NCBI GenBank assembly: GCA_030586555.1
Contig: JAURAC010000015.1
Span: 1 to 64,000 of the forward strand
Length of the DNA: 64,000 nucleotides
Reading direction: 5' to 3'
Source: Candidatus Subterrananammoxibius californiae
GTDB taxonomy: Bacteria; Planctomycetota; Brocadiia; Brocadiales; Subterrananammoxibiaceae
Part shown: piece after piece, positions 62,691 through 64,000 of the stretch
How the letters are laid out: the number at the start of each line of letters is the position of its first letter
Position numbering within the stretch: the stretch's first letter is position 1
Made by a program: the position numbers and the translations under genes
Notes under the pieces: model-generated
Database searches by the model: none
The model's input: only the letters and a program-made list of their open reading frames with translations
Told to the model about the DNA's origin: nothing

Positions 62691-63470
62691 TCAAATTAAG
62701 TTTATCAAACCAAAGGCTGAAAGAAAGGCTATCAAACCGCCAAGTATCACATAATCATTTCTTTTTAAGGGAGCAACGTTGGCTGTCAAAATACTGCCAC
62801 CATCATATCCCCTTGACCGCATCGCCGTATGTGTTGATTCAGCCCTGCTTATAGTTCGAACCATGAGCATACCACCGAGCGTCCCAAAGGAATGAATGGT
62901 TTTTCTCCATGTCGAATAGCCCAGCCTGCACCTTTGTGCTGTACGCACCCTTGAGACCTCTTCCAAGAACAGGAATATGTACCTGTACATTAGAAAAAGT
63001 AATTCCAATAAAACCTCTGGAATCCTCAACCAGCGTGCCCCGGCGCACAAATCGGCAATTGTTGTAGTAAAAGAAAGCAGTAATATCAGAGAGATCCCAC
63101 CCATAACCTTAAAAAATATTAAACATCCAGCTTGTAGCCCTTCCCTTCTCAATATCAAGTCGTAGCCAAGAGGGGAGACGGAAAATACAGGTGTCTGACC
63201 TTCGTGCAGCCCCTTTATCATCAAAATGAAGATAGCAAAAAATAGTGGCAAAAGCATGCGCAGGCTGAGTGTCTTAATAGGCGTCTTTATTGATAATAAT
63301 AGACCGATGTTGATAAAGAAGAGTAATAATGGGGCAAGCATGCCTGAAGCGCATATATTCAAAATTAACCCACCAAAAACATAAAACATCTTTACCCTGG
63401 TCTCCGTACAGGTAAGCCAATTTTCCCTATGAGCAAAATGGTCTGAAAATAGATAGCGTATATTTTCCAT
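62691..63470 (-). CDS. cbiQ: Cobalt ECF transporter T component
   Basis: MYRYIFLF.EE..R...AQ..RLGY and AM.SRGY. Confidence 0.9.
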   Translation of the reverse strand: MENIRYLFSDHFAHRENWLTCTETRVKMFYVFGGLILNICASGMLAPLLLFFINIGLLLSIKTPIKTLSLRMLLPLFFAIFILMIKGLHEGQTPVFSVSPLGYDLILRREGLQAGCLIFFKVMGGISLILLLSFTTTIADLCAGARWLRIPEVLLELLFLMYRYIFLFLEEVSRVRTAQRCRLGYSTWRKTIHSFGTLGGMLMVRTISRAESTHTAMRSRGYDGGSILTANVAPLKRNDYVILGGLIAFLSAFGLINLI

Positions 63471-63551
63471 GGAATTATTCCTTGCTTAAAGGCGAAAAGG
63501 TAAAAAAGAAAAAGGGTTTAAACCTCTTAGCCTCTTAACCTCTTAGCCTTT

Positions 63552-63866
63552 TTACCTTGACTTCATTAGCTTATGCCAGTTGTAGCCAATAATGAACCCG
63601 CCAATAGAGCCGCCGAGGGTAAACAAACATAGTAAAAGGTCTCCTCTATCAGTGTTAATGTAAGGGTTACGTGGCGGTCTTCCAAAGTTTGTTGCATATT
63701 TGCCTACAATACTTACGTCTATGCCCGTCCAGGCTTCTTGTTCCTCTGCCCCGCGTAGGGGCGTATTGTTAGCCACGGCGAATCTGCCTAAGGCATGACA
63801 ATATGCCCCTACTATTGCTATTGTTATCAATAAGAACGCCATTATAATTTTTTTAGATTTGCGCAA
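63552..63866 (-). CDS. cbiN: Cobalt transport accessory subunit (CbiN-like)
   Basis: WxGID..V.KYA and GDLLL.LF..GG..GGF.IGY; lies between cbiM and cbiQ. Confidence 0.7.
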   Translation of the reverse strand: MRKSKKIIMAFLLITIAIVGAYCHALGRFAVANNTPLRGAEEQEAWTGIDVSIVGKYATNFGRPPRNPYINTDRGDLLLCLFTLGGSIGGFIIGYNWHKLMKSR

Positions 63867-64000
63867 TTGTTCTGCCCTCCGTTATGCCAAGTTCCACCAG
63901 AATGCTGGGACGATGATTGTAAACATAAGAGACTATAAAACCAGTTACGACACCTTCCAAAATGCACAGGGGTCCCTGCGTGGTCATCATAAAGGCTGCA
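63853..64000 (-). CDS. cbiM: Cobalt ECF transporter S component, C-terminal part
   Basis: Hand translation ...TTQGPLCILEGVVTGFIV.YV..RP.IL..LG...*; partial at the window edge. Confidence 0.75.
   Translation of the reverse strand, partial: AAFMMTTQGPLCILEGVVTGFIVSYVYNHRPSILVELGITEGRTIAQI

Noticed and set aside
57290..64000. Cobalamin riboswitch
   Set aside because: The operon's 5' end lies beyond the window, and no such motif was recognised inside it.

Overview
A gene-dense bacterial chromosome segment from an anaerobic diderm. Hopanoid, cobalamin and MetVF genes are compatible with a Brocadiia-like planctomycete, but this is inference only. In order along the window: a Wzm/Wzt glycan exporter with a methyltransferase carrying a long 28-aa-repeat coiled coil; uvrA; a HAD-YvcK fusion; a putative metal-uptake cluster; a toxin-antitoxin islet (vapBC, MNT-HEPN, DUF4145); proA, ftsB-like, eno and tRNA-Arg; an integrase remnant followed by two tandem TonB-dependent receptors, a periplasmic binding protein, a hybrid kinase and a response regulator; a frameshifted hpnH; tRNA-Leu; and housekeeping genes. 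These are followed by a redox cluster (NfnB/GltD-ferredoxin-MvhD fusion, metV, metF, NDH-2-ferredoxin fusion), a Na+-type V/A-ATPase operon interrupted by a PemK-type TA pair, and a cobalt-uptake/cobalamin operon. The most striking non-gene signal is a dense set of short palindromic elements: GTRG-headed REP/REPIN families, CCCCTTT/AAAGGGG hairpins, heptamer runs and 15-bp mini-palindromes. They nest inside one another and sit in frame inside many unrelated proteins. In places they supply stop codons, occupy the site of the UvrA insertion domain, and form the linker of a CbiO-CobD fusion. No rRNA, CRISPR array or intact transposase was seen. All functional calls come from motif recognition, with no database search.
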